Assembly (NCBI GenBank): GCA_963823665.1
Contig: CAWGMQ010000008.1
Span: forward strand, 1,248,001 to 1,312,000
Reading direction: 5' to 3'
DNA: 64,000 nt
Source: an uncultured Planctomycetota bacterium
Lineage (GTDB): Bacteria > Planctomycetota > Planctomycetia > Isosphaerales > Isosphaeraceae
The position numbers and the translations under genes were made by a program. The notes beneath the pieces were generated by a model. It was not told where the DNA came from. It worked only from the letters and a program-made list of their open reading frames with translations, and searched no databases. Below, one piece after another: positions 63,089 through 64,000 of the stretch. How positions within the stretch are numbered: position 1 is the first letter of the stretch; every line of letters starts with the position of its first letter.

Positions 63089-63622
63089 ATGTCCACCGCG
63101 GGAAAAGTTCTGATTGTGCTGGTGATGCTTGTCACCATCGTCTGGGTGCTGTTGAGCGCGGGCTTGTCGCGGATCAACACGAATCACAACACGCGCGTCC
63201 ACGAGCTGGCGACGCAAGTGGAAAAGCTTCAAGGCGAAGTGAAGGAGACGCAGGAACAGATCGCATCCGTGCTTGTCCAAGCCCAGCAGGCACAAGAGAA
63301 GATCGACCGCGAGCGCACGGTGCTCCGGTCGAAGCAATCGGATCTGGAGCGAGCGAGGTCGCAGGTGGCACATGACCTCGCGTCCGTGAAATACGAACTG
63401 GAAATTGTGGAAGGGACGGCCAAAGGAGCTCAAAACGAGCTGGATAGCCGGACGACGGAACACGAGGAAGAGACGAAGTCGCTCGAGAAGCAGCGAGCCG
63501 ATGTTCAGGCGTTGATGGCCCAATGCAGCAAGCAGCGGGATCAACTGGCATCGCTTCGCAAGGAATTCCTCGCCACGTACCACACCAATATAGAGATGCG
63601 CGGCAAGGCCGCGAGCAAGTGA
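63089..63622 (+). CDS. Membrane-anchored coiled-coil protein
   Basis: N-terminal TM GKVLIVLVML followed by a heptad-rich region. Confidence 0.75.
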   Translation: MSTAGKVLIVLVMLVTIVWVLLSAGLSRINTNHNTRVHELATQVEKLQGEVKETQEQIASVLVQAQQAQEKIDRERTVLRSKQSDLERARSQVAHDLASVKYELEIVEGTAKGAQNELDSRTTEHEEETKSLEKQRADVQALMAQCSKQRDQLASLRKEFLATYHTNIEMRGKAASK

Positions 63623-64000
63623 ACCCCGGCGCGGGCCGGGAGCACGAACTGACTTCTGCCGAGCGCACCCCATCCATTCCGGCGGCCGATTGTGGTGGCC
63701 CGCGCGTGGGCGAGACGATGATTCCGCGTTCCCAGGGCGGCTCGTGGGTTGGCATTGTGGCCAACCAGAACTCGGGGATCGGACGTGGGCGACAGCGGGT
63801 TGCGAAGCTGGCAGCCGCGCTCGAGCGAGCAGGCTTGTATGCCCGAGTGGCGTGGACGACGGAGGATCGGGCAAGCCTGGTCCGACGGGCCGAGCACGAC
63901 TCGGATTGCCGATGCCTGGTCGCTGTCGGCGGCGACGGCACGGTTTCGGCGCTCTTGAACGAACGACCGAAAGTTCCGGTGACGGTGTTCCCGGCAGGGA
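63619..64000 (+). CDS. Diacylglycerol kinase family protein (partial, runs off the window)
   Basis: Manual translation: WVGIVANQNSG...LVAVGGDGTVSALLN..VFPAG; GTGA overlap with the previous gene. Confidence 0.85.
   Translation, partial: MNPGAGREHELTSAERTPSIPAADCGGPRVGETMIPRSQGGSWVGIVANQNSGIGRGRQRVAKLAAALERAGLYARVAWTTEDRASLVRRAEHDSDCRCLVAVGGDGTVSALLNERPKVPVTVFPAG

Noticed and set aside
1..64000. CRISPR array, rRNA or tRNA genes
   Set aside because: No regularly spaced repeat-spacer array and no recognisable structural RNA seen by eye.

Overview
GC-rich bacterial chromosome segment, very probably a planctomycete (Isosphaeraceae-like). This is inferred from DUF1501 plus PSCyt/DUF1549/DUF1553 genes, LEPR-xLL secreted proteins and membrane-anchored ECF sigma factors with long C-terminal extensions. 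About 50 CDS are visible: housekeeping genes (trpS, leuA, nagB, an IDH/IPMDH-family gene, comEC), transporters (SulP, split MacB-type ABC, APC-USP fusion), many secreted hydrolases, a complete hipBST-like toxin-antitoxin operon with palindromic operators, and two patches of gene remnants (~180-1550 and ~40600-42950). More than a dozen otherwise intact genes carry 1-2 nt frameshifts, which most likely reflect long-read assembly errors. No rRNA, tRNA or CRISPR array was seen. The most interesting candidates are: (i) a hidden ComEC-alpha/beta-hydrolase fusion; (ii) an ECF sigma factor fused to a membrane-fusion-protein-like domain, next to a MacB-type transporter that lacks its own adaptor; (iii) an unannotated Leu-rich leader peptide and attenuator upstream of leuA; (iv) a lipoprotein with three 47-aa Cys/His repeats. 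All family calls come from motif recognition by eye; no database search was run, so novelty is unverified.
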